From the NCBI RefSeq assembly GCF_006345805.1, contig NC_043003.1, positions 12,586,001-12,650,000 of the forward strand: DNA of 64,000 nucleotides. The letters run 5' to 3'. The notes below the pieces were generated by a model that did no database searches, was not told where the DNA came from, and saw only the letters and a list, made by a program, of their open reading frames with translations. Below, piece by piece: positions 63,208-64,000 of this stretch; the stretch's first letter is position 1; each line of letters starts with the position of its first letter. The translations under genes were made by a program, and so were the position numbers. Source of the DNA: Octopus sinensis (lineage: Eukaryota).

Positions 63208-64000
63208 TTCGCAAGGTATTAGTTGAAGGAGTAGAGGACACTTGGTTGTGGCGTCACGCAATGAGATTGAACTGGACACCAAGTGGTTGCAAAACAAGTT
63301 TCTTTACCACAGAATCATGTGGAATATGTTTAGCTTATTTTCTTCCAAATTGGTTGCAATGTAAAATGTTGAGGCCATGAAAAATTATACAAAAGCCTAA
63401 AAAATCATTAGATTTTATCAAGATGTTTGTTCAGTTCTTCCCGTTTTTTTTTATCTTGTTTAACACCACCACCCACCCCACCCCACCCTATCGGTTTTGT
63501 TAATTCAGTCTCATTATCTTGATTAATCGATTTGCAGAGGAAACTCTTAAACAAGGGACGTAATTACTGCTGTACTTCTGTTAGCGATGGGAGATAACTG
63601 CTGTTCGCCGCCGATCGCTGAGTCTCATCCCGAGTCAGCCCTAATCAAGCAGATGAGCAAAGACATTCCATTTGTGACTACCCCATTCTTTTCTAGAGCT
63701 AGAACTACATTGTTCAGAGTATCTTTTACTTTTGTAAGATGGTGGGGTGTGATTTGAGAGAGATTTAGTGGTTATTTCTAACATTACGATCGACTTGTTT
63801 ATTAGACTATGGCCCGCGTATTTCGTTTTTATTTCAAAGAGAAGCTGAACTTTACTTAAATATTAGTTTTTTTTTTTGTATTTCGACCTTAGTGTTTCCT
63901 TCAATAACATACATACGCTTGTCTAGTTTTATTTTCATCTGATTATCAAGACAAATCGTGGCACTCCGTCGGTTACGACAACGAGGTGGCTGAGCGTTCC

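Overview
AT-rich, microsatellite- and SINE-dense eukaryotic DNA. The SINE families point to a coleoid cephalopod, probably Octopus (inference from recalled repeat sequences, not a database search). The window holds the 3' half of one intron-rich gene on the + strand, a liprin-beta (PPFIBP1/PPFIBP2 orthologue). I read 12 coding exons between 8240 and 50493, all with GT-AG ends and matching phases. They encode the SAPNL linker, the RGGxRATAG motif, three tandem SAM domains and a C-terminal TSNV. The 5' coiled-coil exons were not found and presumably lie upstream of the window. A long 3' UTR may run to about 59.2 kb. The rest is mobile DNA: at least four SINE families, RTE, R4/Dong and CR1-type LINE remnants, and piggyBac-, hAT- and Tc2/pogo-like MITEs. 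There is also a MITE-containing tandem duplication, a 98-bp inverted repeat and a truncated tRNA-Glu. Almost all ORFs in the supplied track are spurious. I see no clear new multi-gene system. The best leads are candidate splicing/editing structures around the liprin exons and unusual transposon architectures.
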